A stretch of 64,000 nt of DNA from an uncultured Prevotella sp. Its GTDB lineage: Bacteria; Bacteroidota; Bacteroidia; Bacteroidales; Bacteroidaceae. Within the stretch, counting starts at the first letter, position 1; every line of letters begins with the position of its first letter. Both the position numbers and the translations under genes were made by a program. The stretch spans positions 4,101-68,100 of the forward strand of contig ONHE01000056.1 in NCBI GenBank assembly GCA_900317545.1. The letters run 5' to 3'. The notes under the pieces were generated by a model. That model worked only from the letters and a program-made list of their open reading frames with translations. It did no database searches and was not told where the DNA came from. Of the stretch, positions 1-8,882 are shown in pieces.

Positions 1-79
1 TCGTCACCTAACTAATCACTTCGTCATCACGGTCTCCGGATGAGGACGCAGTAGCTTCCGATGGCTTCCATCATGAGTA

Positions 80-129
80 GTAAACGTCTTATTTTCCGCC
101 TTGACACCGGCACAAAATAAGACGTTTAC
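80..129. repeat. Perfect 16-bp inverted repeat (REP-like hairpin)
   Basis: GTAAACGTCTTATTTT (80-95) and AAAATAAGACGTTTAC (114-129), with an 18-nt spacer. Confidence 0.8.
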
Positions 130-480
130 CTAAATTATATAGCTTATTGTTTGTCATGATCATCACTTGTATGCCCCTTACGGATAATCCCTCTGGTTTG
201 CCATTTATAGCCAATCGGGGGAAAAAGTTTTAAAATTGCCGCAGAATTACAATAGGATCCACTGATTAATTACAAGCTATGGGTAATTAATGAACCCTAT
301 CTATTTTTATCTAACGTCTTCGAATCGTAATCGGTTTGAAATCGGGTACCCCAAAAAGCAAAAAATATTTTAGCTTTCTTCTCATTCCTTAGCTTCTTCT
401 TTCGATTTTTAAGCTTTGGGGGATCTTGCTGCGAATGTTGAGAGATACCAATATGCTATCCCCTCTAATAGATGTACAAC

Positions 481-518
481 AAAAAAAAGGGGCTCCTTCC
501 GGCGAGAAGAAACCCCTT
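481..518 (-). terminator. Rho-independent terminator of the adhesin/peptide operon
   Basis: Minus strand AAGGGGTTTCTTC-tcgccg-GAAGGAGCCCCTT running into a T tract, about 20 nt after the stop at 540. Confidence 0.85.
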
Positions 519-539
519 GGATATGTGAGGGGGAAGCTG

Positions 540-758
540 TCAGTTGTTCCAAAGGTTAGACTCGGTGTTGAATCCATCGTCTTCGAACAAGCCTTTCCAG
601 CCCTTTGCGTCAATATGATCGGGATTTCCCTCAATGATCTTGCCGGAATCGATGGTCTTGTTCTGATCGTTTATCAAGAAACTTGTTTCGCGCAGCAGCG
701 GCATCTGTACTTGTGTCACGCAGATCGTCGGCGTGATATATGTGGTCTTTCTTTTCAT
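540..758 (-). CDS. Small Prevotella-type peptide (72 aa) with an N-terminal MK..YxxP motif
   Basis: MKRKTTYITP...LLRETS...DAKGW...LWNN; starts 16 nt after the upstream stop, AT-rich start context, followed by a terminator. Confidence 0.75.
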   Translation of the reverse strand: MKRKTTYITPTICVTQVQMPLLRETSFLINDQNKTIDSGKIIEGNPDHIDAKGWKGLFEDDGFNTESNLWNN

Positions 759-774
759 AGTTGTGCCTTTTTTG

Positions 775-3129
775 TTAATTGATTATTTTCTTTCCGTTCA
801 CAATATAGATGCCATGAGGCAGGTCGTCGAGAGAGGCGTTTTCCACACGTACCGCTTTGCCGTCGATGGTGTAAACGACGTTGTTTCTTATGGTGCTGGT
901 GTCATTCGGGATCGTGCTGATGCTGGTTGTGGTGTTATCACTGCTGTTCAGAATAGAGAGCGTGAATGCTTTGGCGTTTTCCCCCTCATCGTCGTTGAAC
1001 CAGAAGCGGAAGCCTTTGACATCCATGTCGGAAGTGAGATGATACATTTTTCCGTTACTGAACACATAACTTCCGGTTGGACAGGTGCCTTGGATATAGG
1101 TGCCGGAGACTTTCACTTTGCCCTTGCTGTAGTCTCCCTGGGTGCCGTATTCCGAGTCGTTGAGCGAAGGAATGTCGGTGGTCCAGTCAAATGTGCGGCG
1201 CCCGATGAGATAGAAGTCATCGTCGATATTAGTTGTCGTCGTGCCTTCGTTGTAGGTGAATGTCAGATGCGTCGGTTTCTTCGAGGGCTTGATGAGATAG
1301 TATTGCCCGGCTTCGATGGCATTACCGTCGGAACTCAACGTCATGGCCAGAAAGTCGATGGACGTCTTGCTGCTGCTGATCGTACCCACCCCATGCAGCT
1401 TGGCAAGCTGCACGTCGTCTCCGAAGGCACTCTTGAGCTGTGCCATCGTCACGTTAAGCGGCAGCACGATCGTGTTCCATTTACCCACGGTGAAAGAGCG
1501 TTTGAGCAGTACGTTGACATTGGTCTTGCTGACCTGCATGTAATCTTTTTCGGTCTTTGTCTCGTCAAGGATCATCGCCTCCTTGCCATAGTAGTAGACA
1601 GCGACGTTGTCAATACCGGCAAAATCGGTGTCGAAGTAGTAAGAGTTGCCATTGGCAGTCTTTACACGTGCTGACTTTGTTGCTTCGTTTTTCTCCAGTC
1701 CGATGGTGATGGTCTGTCCCTTTTGGGCCTCAACCACCACGTTGACAATGTATGCATCGCTTGTGGCGGCTACTTCCTGAGAGAACGTCTTCCAGTCATC
1801 GGTGTTCACCGTCACAGCTCCTGTGGAGCCGTTTTGCGTGCATTTGCTGGCCATGATGGCGCTTGCCAACGGTTTAAGGTCTGTTGTGACCGGCGTGCCG
1901 TTGTCCACTTTTGCGTAGAGTTGAGCCTTATGTCCATGATAGAAGCCCAAGCACTGTATGAGATAGCGGCCGTCGGCAGGTGCGGTAAAGCTCTGCTCTA
2001 CTTTGCCTATGCCCTCTAAGGAGCCGAACGAATATTGTCCACCGTTGGCGTAAGGTGCCTGAAGCTTGCGGAAAACAGCCTGATCCCAAGGCGTCAGCGT
2101 GGCGTCGGAAGCCTGGATGTTAGGCAGCATGTTGGCGGTTTTGACGCGATAGTTTGCACTTGGCAGATAGTCAGTGCCATTTGTATTTACGTTTGCCCAG
2201 TCGAAGATGTAGTCGCCGTCCGTTGGTGAAGCCGTGCTGGTAACTTTCCACTTACCGAATTCCGCGTCTCGGTCATGGTCAAAATTCGGGTCATTGAGCA
2301 GATAGGTAAGGTTGGCGTTGAGTCCGCCGAACTCATCCGCATTCGCAGTTGTCAGCATTTTCTCCACCTCGTCGACGGTGACAAGGCGCCATTGATAGTT
2401 GAGGCTGTCGGCTGTCGGCTTGAAATTGTTGTTGGCTGCATCCTGGAAAGTGATGGTGTTGTTGCCCACAAAGGTGTTTTCGTCTGTGCTGTAGATGCCA
2501 TGACCATAGACAGCTCCGAGCCAGAGGTTTTTGTCGTTGGTGCTGAGGGATTGCTTGGTGTTGTGGATAATCTCCTTCATATAATAGGTGTAGACATCGC
2601 TTGAAGCATCGGTCTCCACGCGCTCAAAAGTCCACTGGCGGGTATAACCGTCGCCATTAATGAGTCCGTTGGGCTGTGCGTTGAAGATGACATAGCCACC
2701 GCCTGCACCGTTGGTACCTTCTGAAAAAGAGTTTAATGTTGTATATATAGGATAGTTGATGCCAAAACAGACCCCGTTGATAGCGACTCCCGAGACGTCA
2801 GTCCGTGCAGACGCACCTGAATATATGATTTTGTGAGCATTTTTGTTGCCCCACGTCTCCGTGTCGGTATAGTCCGACACCAAGTACATGCCTGCACCAT
2901 AGTCCTGATAGAGCAGCATGCCTTGTACGCCCCACAGTCCGCCCTGCATGGCAAAACGTCCTGTCCCTACGTTGTAGAGGAAGAATTTTGTGCTGTTGGA
3001 AAGATTGTCGACACTCGTTCCTTTCCATCTTGTTGTTGTGTTTGAGTCTGCTGCCCAACTGCTTGTGGGCATCAAAAGTGACAATGCTGTTATCAGTAGT
3101 GCCCAAGTTGCTATCTTTAATGATTTCAT
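775..3129 (-). CDS. Large secreted adhesin-like protein with a Prevotella-type T9SS C-terminal domain
   Basis: Signal peptide (..SSWA|AD); FFLYNVGTG, NPNFD-like and LKRSF..KWNTIVLP modules; tail VYTIDGKAV..LPHGIYIVNGKKIIN. Confidence 0.8.
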   Translation of the reverse strand: MKSLKIATWALLITALSLLMPTSSWAADSNTTTRWKGTSVDNLSNSTKFFLYNVGTGRFAMQGGLWGVQGMLLYQDYGAGMYLVSDYTDTETWGNKNAHKIIYSGASARTDVSGVAINGVCFGINYPIYTTLNSFSEGTNGAGGGYVIFNAQPNGLINGDGYTRQWTFERVETDASSDVYTYYMKEIIHNTKQSLSTNDKNLWLGAVYGHGIYSTDENTFVGNNTITFQDAANNNFKPTADSLNYQWRLVTVDEVEKMLTTANADEFGGLNANLTYLLNDPNFDHDRDAEFGKWKVTSTASPTDGDYIFDWANVNTNGTDYLPSANYRVKTANMLPNIQASDATLTPWDQAVFRKLQAPYANGGQYSFGSLEGIGKVEQSFTAPADGRYLIQCLGFYHGHKAQLYAKVDNGTPVTTDLKPLASAIMASKCTQNGSTGAVTVNTDDWKTFSQEVAATSDAYIVNVVVEAQKGQTITIGLEKNEATKSARVKTANGNSYYFDTDFAGIDNVAVYYYGKEAMILDETKTEKDYMQVSKTNVNVLLKRSFTVGKWNTIVLPLNVTMAQLKSAFGDDVQLAKLHGVGTISSSKTSIDFLAMTLSSDGNAIEAGQYYLIKPSKKPTHLTFTYNEGTTTTNIDDDFYLIGRRTFDWTTDIPSLNDSEYGTQGDYSKGKVKVSGTYIQGTCPTGSYVFSNGKMYHLTSDMDVKGFRFWFNDDEGENAKAFTLSILNSSDNTTTSISTIPNDTSTIRNNVVYTIDGKAVRVENASLDDLPHGIYIVNGKKIIN

Positions 3130-3226
3130 AACTCAGTTGATTTTATTTACTGCTACATTGGAGGATGTCATATCCCTTCTTTTCTTTCTTCTCTGTATTC
3201 TGATACGCCTATTTTGAAAAATTTTG

Positions 3227-3234
3227 CAAAGTTA
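3227..3234 (-). promoter_or_regulatory. Bacteroidota -7 promoter element for the adhesin operon
   Basis: TAACTTTG (TAnnTTTG) on the minus strand, about 100 nt upstream of the ATG. Confidence 0.6.
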
Positions 3235-3691
3235 CTAAGATTCTAGATACGCTGATCCTTTATCTCGAAAGAATTAACGATATTTAGTGGATGTCTTCTT
3301 CGGCACGAACCGTGTTGGAGAGGCTGTGGGCACAGTCTCCTGCCTCCGGCGCAGCCCTCACTGGTTCCGTCTCCACCTCTGTCCTTCCGGTCTATGCTTT
3401 CCGTCTTTGTCGCGTCCGACAATTCCACGATATCCAAATACGGAGGGTCCGGAATCGACTCTATGCGTATGGCATTGATTCACTTGTGTTCAAAAAATGC
3501 AAGAAATATTTGCTCATTTCGAGTTTTTTATAGACCTTTGTAAAAAGATTGTAAGCATAAAGGCTTGAATTTAACTAATTTGGTTATTCTAAGTTGTTAG
3601 AAATCAGCCTTATGAACAGCTTTCGGGATCTAAATGTCAGCATCGTTTAATTCCGGAAGTGAATTTATTCACTAATTTAAAAAAACGTTTT

Positions 3692-4117
3692 ATGAAAATT
3701 CTCAATTGGTTATTACCCGCAAAAGATCAGAACAGTAAGGTGGCCACCCTGCTCCTTGCTGCACGAGTCATTTTCGCACTCTTGTTGGCATCACACGGCT
3801 TGCAGAAGCTCCAGGGCTTCGAGTCGCTCTCTGCCACATTCCCCGACCCGCTCGGCATCGGCAGCCAGCTGTCGCTCAGCATGGCCATCTTCGGTGAACT
3901 CGTGTGCTCCACAGCCGTCATCTTCGGTTTCCTGACCCGCCTGGCCGTCATTCCGATGGCGTTCACAATGACCGTTGCCTTCTTCATCACGCATGGCGGA
4001 TCGCTTGCAGAGGGCGAATTGGCCTTCGCTTATCTTGTCGTCTTCGTGCTCCTGTTCTTTGCAGGTCCCGGCAAATATTCCATTGACGGCTTGCTGGCCG
4101 GCAAATTCTTGAAATAA
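3692..4117 (+). CDS. DoxX family membrane protein
   Basis: LLLAARV..SHGLQKL..FPDPLGIG..GEL..GFLTRLA..GPGKYSID; ATG at 3692 preferred over GTG at 3659. Confidence 0.9.
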   Translation: MKILNWLLPAKDQNSKVATLLLAARVIFALLLASHGLQKLQGFESLSATFPDPLGIGSQLSLSMAIFGELVCSTAVIFGFLTRLAVIPMAFTMTVAFFITHGGSLAEGELAFAYLVVFVLLFFAGPGKYSIDGLLAGKFLK

Positions 4118-4268
4118 CTCTGCGGGCATGTGCCCGCTCCATTTCACGCTCTCGTGCTTGTCTACTTGTGTTTCTTAAGGGTGGAGAGGCATGTGTGGGA
4201 GCGGGAAACGTTAACAGAAGGAAAAATCGGAAGATTTTTCCTCTTTTTTTATTTATATCCCATAATTA

Positions 4269-4284
4269 TTCGTAAATTTGCGAA
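4269..4284 (+). promoter_or_regulatory. ars promoter -7 element inside a putative ArsR operator palindrome
   Basis: TTCGTAAATTTGCGAA is a near-palindrome that contains TAAATTTG (4273-4280). Confidence 0.6.
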
Positions 4285-4388
4285 CGGTAGTAACGCGACT
4301 ATCCTGCGCGTCTTCCCCATTGTCGTGGCGGAGATCCGGGAAGCGATGAACCGTTTCTATCATGAATATATCCATCAATGAATGACTT

Positions 4389-4712
4389 ATGAGACCTTAT
4401 AGCTTGAAGACCGAACAGACGGCACGATTCTGCAAAGCCCTCGCTCATCCGGCCCGCATCCAGATCCTGCGGTTCCTTGCAGACCGGTCGGAATGTTATT
4501 TCGGTGCCATCCACGAAGATCTGCCCATTGCCAAGACCACTGTCAGCCAGCATCTCAAAGAGCTGAAGGATGCAGGGTTGATCCAGGGCACCATCGAACC
4601 ACCGAAGGTACGCTATTGCATCAACAGGGAGAACTGGCAGTATGCCCGTGAGCTGCTCGTGGATTTCTTTCAGATGCCTTCAGGCGCTGACAGCTGCGAC
4701 TGCCAGCTGTGA
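4389..4712 (+). CDS. arsR: ArsR/SmtB family transcriptional repressor
   Basis: KALAHPARIQIL..C..TVSQHLKELKDAGLI winged HTH; C-terminal CDC; first gene of the ars cluster. Confidence 0.92.
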   Translation: MRPYSLKTEQTARFCKALAHPARIQILRFLADRSECYFGAIHEDLPIAKTTVSQHLKELKDAGLIQGTIEPPKVRYCINRENWQYARELLVDFFQMPSGADSCDCQL

Positions 4713-4731
4713 GAGACCGTGCGGCCGGAGG

Positions 4732-4760
4732 AGGTGGAGCTTTGATGTGTCCACCTTTTT
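4732..4760 (+). terminator. Terminator-like hairpin after arsR
   Basis: AGGTGGA..TCCACCT followed by a short T run. Confidence 0.45.
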
Positions 4761-4774
4761 ATATAGCCATGTTG

Positions 4775-4790
4775 TTCGTAAAACTACGAT
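4775..4790 (+). promoter_or_regulatory. Second putative ArsR operator
   Basis: TTCGTAAAACTACGAT resembles the 4269-4284 site and lies just upstream of the ATG at 4813. Confidence 0.5.
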
Positions 4791-4812
4791 ATACGTTTAA
4801 CTGATGATACAT

Positions 4813-5224
4813 ATGAAAAGAACATTCAGCCTTTTTTGCCCTGCTTCTGGCTTGCCTTTTGAGCGGACAGATGCCTGCAGCGGCGCAGCTGAAGCCATCC
4901 GTCGATGTCCTCTATTTTCACGGTAAGGTGCGATGCAAGACCTGTAACGCCATCGAACAGCAGAGCCTGCTGACGCTCAGACGCCATTTCGCGCCGCAGC
5001 TGAAGACCGGTCAGGTGACCTGGCGGGTGGTCGATATCTCCAAGGAAGAGAACCGACAGCTCGCCGAGCAGTACAAGGTCAGCTGGTCATCGCTGATCCT
5101 TGTGACCCGGAAAGCGGGAAAGTCCACGCCGCAGAATCTCACGCAGTGGGCCTTTACCAGTGTCGGTGACAAACAGAAATATGCATCCGGACTCCGTGAC
5201 CGCATTCTCCGGCAATTGAAATAA
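4813..5224 (+). pseudogene. ArsF-like exported thioredoxin-fold protein, frameshifted in its signal peptide (real lesion or sequencing error)
   Basis: VLYFHGKVRCKTC motif. The ATG at 4813 is out of frame with the body. Removing one T from T6 (4832-4837) gives MKRTFSLFALLLACLLSGQMPAAAQ. Confidence 0.7.
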
Positions 5225-5229
5225 GGCGT

Positions 5230-5937
5230 ATGGAGTGGTTGCAAACCTTGGTCAACGACAGTTCGACGCCGCTCTTTACGGCGTTCCTGTTGGGTCTCTT
5301 GACGGCTGTCTCGCCATGTCCGCTGGCCACGAACATAGCTGCCGTGGGCTACATCAGTAAGGATGTGGCGAGCAAAAGCCGCATCTTTGTCAACGGGATG
5401 CTCTATTCCTTCGGCCGGGTGTTGGCCTATACCCTGTTGGGAGCGGTCCTCATCCTGATCATCAGGCGAGGTGCTGACTTCTTCGGCGTACAGAGCGCGC
5501 TGGCCGCCTTCGGTTCCTACGCCTTGGGACCGGTCCTGATCGTGATCGGCGTGCTCATGATCGTGGCTCCGAGTCTCCGTCTCCCGCAGTTAGGTGTCAC
5601 CCGTAGCCCGAAGCGGGCGCTGTCGGGCGGATGGGGCGCGATGCTGTTGGGCATCCTCTTCGCGCTTGCTTTCTGCCCGACGAGTGGTGTCTTCTATTTC
5701 GGCATGCTGATCCCCATGTCGGCGGTTTCGGCAGCCGGCTATCTGCTGCCCGTTGTCTTTGCCCTCGCCACGGCGTTGCCCGTGCTGCTCTTCGCCTGGG
5801 TTCTGGCTTTATCTGTCCATCGGGTCGGGACGGTCTACGGGCGCATCCAGCTAATCCAGAAGTGGCTTTCGCGCTTCGTGAGCGTCCTCTTCATCGGGCT
5901 GGGCATCTATTATTGTTACATCATTTTCATTCATTGA
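5230..5937 (+). CDS. ArsG-like (DsbD/CcdA-type) membrane protein
   Basis: LLGLLTAVSPCPLATNIAA and FALAFCPTS motifs; multiple TM helices; ars context. Confidence 0.85.
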   Translation: MEWLQTLVNDSSTPLFTAFLLGLLTAVSPCPLATNIAAVGYISKDVASKSRIFVNGMLYSFGRVLAYTLLGAVLILIIRRGADFFGVQSALAAFGSYALGPVLIVIGVLMIVAPSLRLPQLGVTRSPKRALSGGWGAMLLGILFALAFCPTSGVFYFGMLIPMSAVSAAGYLLPVVFALATALPVLLFAWVLALSVHRVGTVYGRIQLIQKWLSRFVSVLFIGLGIYYCYIIFIH

Positions 5938-5943
5938 GCAGTT

Positions 5944-6195
5944 ATGGAAATCATTGTTTTAGGTTCCGGATGCACGCGCTGTCACAAGGCGTTTGACGTC
6001 GTACGGCAGACGGTCGGCAAAGCCGGAATAGAGGCCGACGTCATCTTCGAGTCGGACATCGTGAAGATCTTGGATTACAACGTGCTGTCTCTGCCTGCCA
6101 TCGTCGTCGACGGGGAGGTGAAGATGAACGGTCAGGTGCCGACGGAAGACGAAGTCAGGCAAATGTTGCACATCATGCAGCCGGAGGAAAGATGA
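5944..6195 (+). CDS. Small redox-active disulfide protein (MTH895/ArsE-like thioredoxin)
   Basis: IIVLGSGCTRC..PAIVVDGEVK..G.VP. Confidence 0.88.
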   Translation: MEIIVLGSGCTRCHKAFDVVRQTVGKAGIEADVIFESDIVKILDYNVLSLPAIVVDGEVKMNGQVPTEDEVRQMLHIMQPEER

Positions 6196-6635
6196 GGCGC
6201 AAGACATTCCTATTCCTCATGCTGATGGCCGCCTGTGCCGCCCAGGCCCGGCCGGATGGGCGGCAAGTGTGTTCGGAAGCGGCTCCGCAGACCGTGCAGG
6301 CGTCGGCTTCATCCTCCATGAAGGACAGCATTCGGGCCTCGTTCGACTATGTGCGGAACGGGCAGCCGTTTGACTTCACGTTCCTGGAGGTCGGTGCCCG
6401 ATATTGCGTGGCGTGCAAGCAGATGGCCAAGGTGATGGACGAGGTCCGTGCAAAGCATCCCCGTGTGAACGTCAGATTCATCGACGTGTCCGAGCAAGGC
6501 AGCGCTCCGTGGGTGCAACATTTCAACATCAAGATGATCCCCACACAGATCATCCTCGACCGGGAGGCGCGTGTCATCTACCGGCACGTGGGCTTCATCC
6601 CGACTGAAAAATTGGAAAAGAAGTTCAAAAAATAA
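6192..6635 (+). CDS. Exported thioredoxin family protein
   Basis: Signal peptide; YCVAC active site; IPTQIILD cis-Pro loop. Confidence 0.85.
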   Translation: MRRKTFLFLMLMAACAAQARPDGRQVCSEAAPQTVQASASSSMKDSIRASFDYVRNGQPFDFTFLEVGARYCVACKQMAKVMDEVRAKHPRVNVRFIDVSEQGSAPWVQHFNIKMIPTQIILDREARVIYRHVGFIPTEKLEKKFKK

Positions 6636-6645
6636 ATTTTAGCTT

Positions 6646-7134
6646 ATGAAAACGATTGAAATTTTTGACCCTGCCATGTGCTGTTCCACTGGCGTATGTG
6701 GTCCGAGTGTCGACAAGGAGTTGCTTCGCATTGCCACAGTGATCGATGCCCTGAAGCAGATGGGTGTCACGGTGGTCCGCCACAATCTGAGTTCGGAGCC
6801 GCAAGCCTTTATCCGCAACGAGACCGTCAATGCGCTGTTGCGCAGCGAGGGGGCTGAAGTGCTGCCCGTAACGATGGTGGATGGCACCGTGGCCGTGAAG
6901 GGGAAGTATCCCTCGACTGCTCAGATGGGCGAGTGGACCGGCAAGGATCTCCGGATGATCCCGGTTCCGCAGACCGGCGGGACGGGCGGTGCGGACGAGC
7001 CGGAGGGCTGTTGCTGCGACGGCGGCGGTGAGGACCATGACTGCTGCTGCAAGGGTGAGGAGTGCTCATGTGAGGAGGACGGCAGGGACGGCGGGTGCTG
7101 TTGCGGTCAGAAGGTAGATTGTCACAAGGCATAG
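6646..7134 (+). CDS. arsD: Arsenite metallochaperone ArsD with an extended Cys-rich tail
   Basis: IEIFDPAMCCSTGVCGPSVD signature. Confidence 0.95.
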   Translation: MKTIEIFDPAMCCSTGVCGPSVDKELLRIATVIDALKQMGVTVVRHNLSSEPQAFIRNETVNALLRSEGAEVLPVTMVDGTVAVKGKYPSTAQMGEWTGKDLRMIPVPQTGGTGGADEPEGCCCDGGGEDHDCCCKGEECSCEEDGRDGGCCCGQKVDCHKA

Positions 7135-7170
7135 GGGCAGTCCTGTGCCTGATCAAAAAGCCCATAGAAG

Positions 7171-8880
7171 ATGAAACTATACAATACGGAAGAAATCTCA
7201 GGCCAGAAATATCTGTTCTTCACAGGCAAGGGCGGGGTCGGCAAGACGAGCATTGCCTGTGCGACGGCCATTGCCCTTGCCGACCGCGGCTGGCAGGTGC
7301 TGCTCGTCTCCACCGATCCTGCGAGCAATCTGCAGGATGTGTTTCAGCGGCCCGTCTCGCAGCATGGAACCCGGATAGAGGAAGTCCCCGGGCTGACCGT
7401 TGTCAACCTCGATCCTGTCCGGGCGGCCGAAGAGTATCGGGAAAGTGTGGTGGCTCCTTATCGGGGGCTGCTCCCCGAGACGGCCATCCGCAACATGGAG
7501 GAGCAGCTGTCCGGATCGTGCACGGTCGAGATCGCAGCCTTCAACCAGTTCGCTGACTTCCTTTCGGGGCGGCAGGAGTATGACGCTTACGATCACATCC
7601 TGTTCGACACGGCCCCGACGGGACACACGCTCCGCATGCTGCAGCTGCCATCCGCCTGGGACCAATTCATCATGACAAGCAAGCACGGGGCCTCCTGTCT
7701 CGGTCAGTTGGCTGGTTTAGAAGGGCGGAAGGAAGTCTATCGTCAGGCCGTTGCCACGCTGTCCGATGCCGGTCGCACGCGTTTGGTCTTGGTGAGCAGG
7801 CCGTCATCGGCCCCGCTCAAGGAGGCGGCGCGGTCCGCCGAGGAACTGCGTCAGCTCGGCATCTGCAATCAGATTTTAGTCTTCAACGGGATGATCGGAC
7901 CGCAGGACGGGAACGATCCGTTGGCGGCAGAGATGGTGAGGCTGCAGCAGAAGGCGCTCGCCGGGATGCCTGAGACGCTGAAGGGAATGGACACCTATGA
8001 GGTGCCGCTGCGCTCCTACGGCCTTTCGAGCATCGCGAACATCCGCCGTCTGCTGACCGAAGATGCCTTCCGGCCCGAAGGCATGGCGGCCGCCGACGCG
8101 GATGCATTGTCCTTGGACCGGCTCATCGACGAGCTTCACCGTCTCGGCAAGCGCGTGATCTTCACCATGGGAAAGGGTGGAGTGGGCAAGACGACGATCG
8201 CCACTGAGATCGCCTTAGGGCTCAGGCAGCGCGGAGACAGCGTCTTGCTGACCACCACCGATCCCGCCAACCATCTCAACAGCCGGTTGGCGGCGCAATG
8301 GGGGATATCACTCGCGCTCATCGACGAGCAGCAGGAGTTGGAGAACTACAAGCGGGAGGTCCGTCAGAAGGCGAAGGATGCCGGCGTGACCGACTTCTCC
8401 TATATCGACGAGGACCTGCGTTCGCCCTGCACGCAGGAGATCGCCGTCTTCCGCGCTTTTGCAGGGATCGTGGCGAAGGCGGATGCGCAGACCGTCGTGA
8501 TCGACACCGCTCCGACCGGACATGCGCTGCTCCTGCTTGATGCCACGCAGAGCTACGACCGGCAGATCGCCCACTCCGCGGGAGACACACCGCAGGCGGT
8601 GAAGGATCTCCTGCCGCGGCTGCGCGACCAGCGGCAGACGGAAGTGGTCATCGTCACGCTGCCCGAGGCCACGCCGGTGTTTGAAGCCCAGCGGCTGCAG
8701 GAAGACCTTCGGCGGGCAGGAATACCGCAGCGATGGTGGGTCATCAATCAAAGTCTGCAACTCAACGAGACATCCTGCGCTTTCCTGCAGGCCCGCCGAC
8801 AGGCCGAGCGCAAGTGGGTGGAACGCGTGAAGGAAATATCCGGAGGACATGCGGTTCTCATCGGATGGAAAGGAATATAA
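7171..8880 (+). CDS. arsA: Arsenical pump-driving ATPase
   Basis: Two GKGGVGKT P-loops, two DTAPTGH motifs, metalloid-binding Cys in GSCT, ASCL and SPCT. Confidence 0.96.
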   Translation: MKLYNTEEISGQKYLFFTGKGGVGKTSIACATAIALADRGWQVLLVSTDPASNLQDVFQRPVSQHGTRIEEVPGLTVVNLDPVRAAEEYRESVVAPYRGLLPETAIRNMEEQLSGSCTVEIAAFNQFADFLSGRQEYDAYDHILFDTAPTGHTLRMLQLPSAWDQFIMTSKHGASCLGQLAGLEGRKEVYRQAVATLSDAGRTRLVLVSRPSSAPLKEAARSAEELRQLGICNQILVFNGMIGPQDGNDPLAAEMVRLQQKALAGMPETLKGMDTYEVPLRSYGLSSIANIRRLLTEDAFRPEGMAAADADALSLDRLIDELHRLGKRVIFTMGKGGVGKTTIATEIALGLRQRGDSVLLTTTDPANHLNSRLAAQWGISLALIDEQQELENYKREVRQKAKDAGVTDFSYIDEDLRSPCTQEIAVFRAFAGIVAKADAQTVVIDTAPTGHALLLLDATQSYDRQIAHSAGDTPQAVKDLLPRLRDQRQTEVVIVTLPEATPVFEAQRLQEDLRRAGIPQRWWVINQSLQLNETSCAFLQARRQAERKWVERVKEISGGHAVLIGWKGI

Positions 8881-8882
8881 GT

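Noticed and set aside
540-758. YxxP peptide as a lasso or other RiPP precursor
   Set aside because: No cyclase, peptidase, RRE or radical SAM gene nearby; kept only as a peptide of unknown function.
733-1674. 313-aa plus-strand ORF
   Set aside because: Antisense shadow of the adhesin gene; no recognisable motifs.
3243-3533. Short ORFs and a possible cobalamin riboswitch upstream of the adhesin
   Set aside because: The ORFs have weak starts and no motifs; no B12-box or GCCACTG signature was found.
8733-8882. N-terminal extension of Acr3 in the ORF track
   Set aside because: It overlaps arsA; family-like sequence starts at the ATG at 8883.
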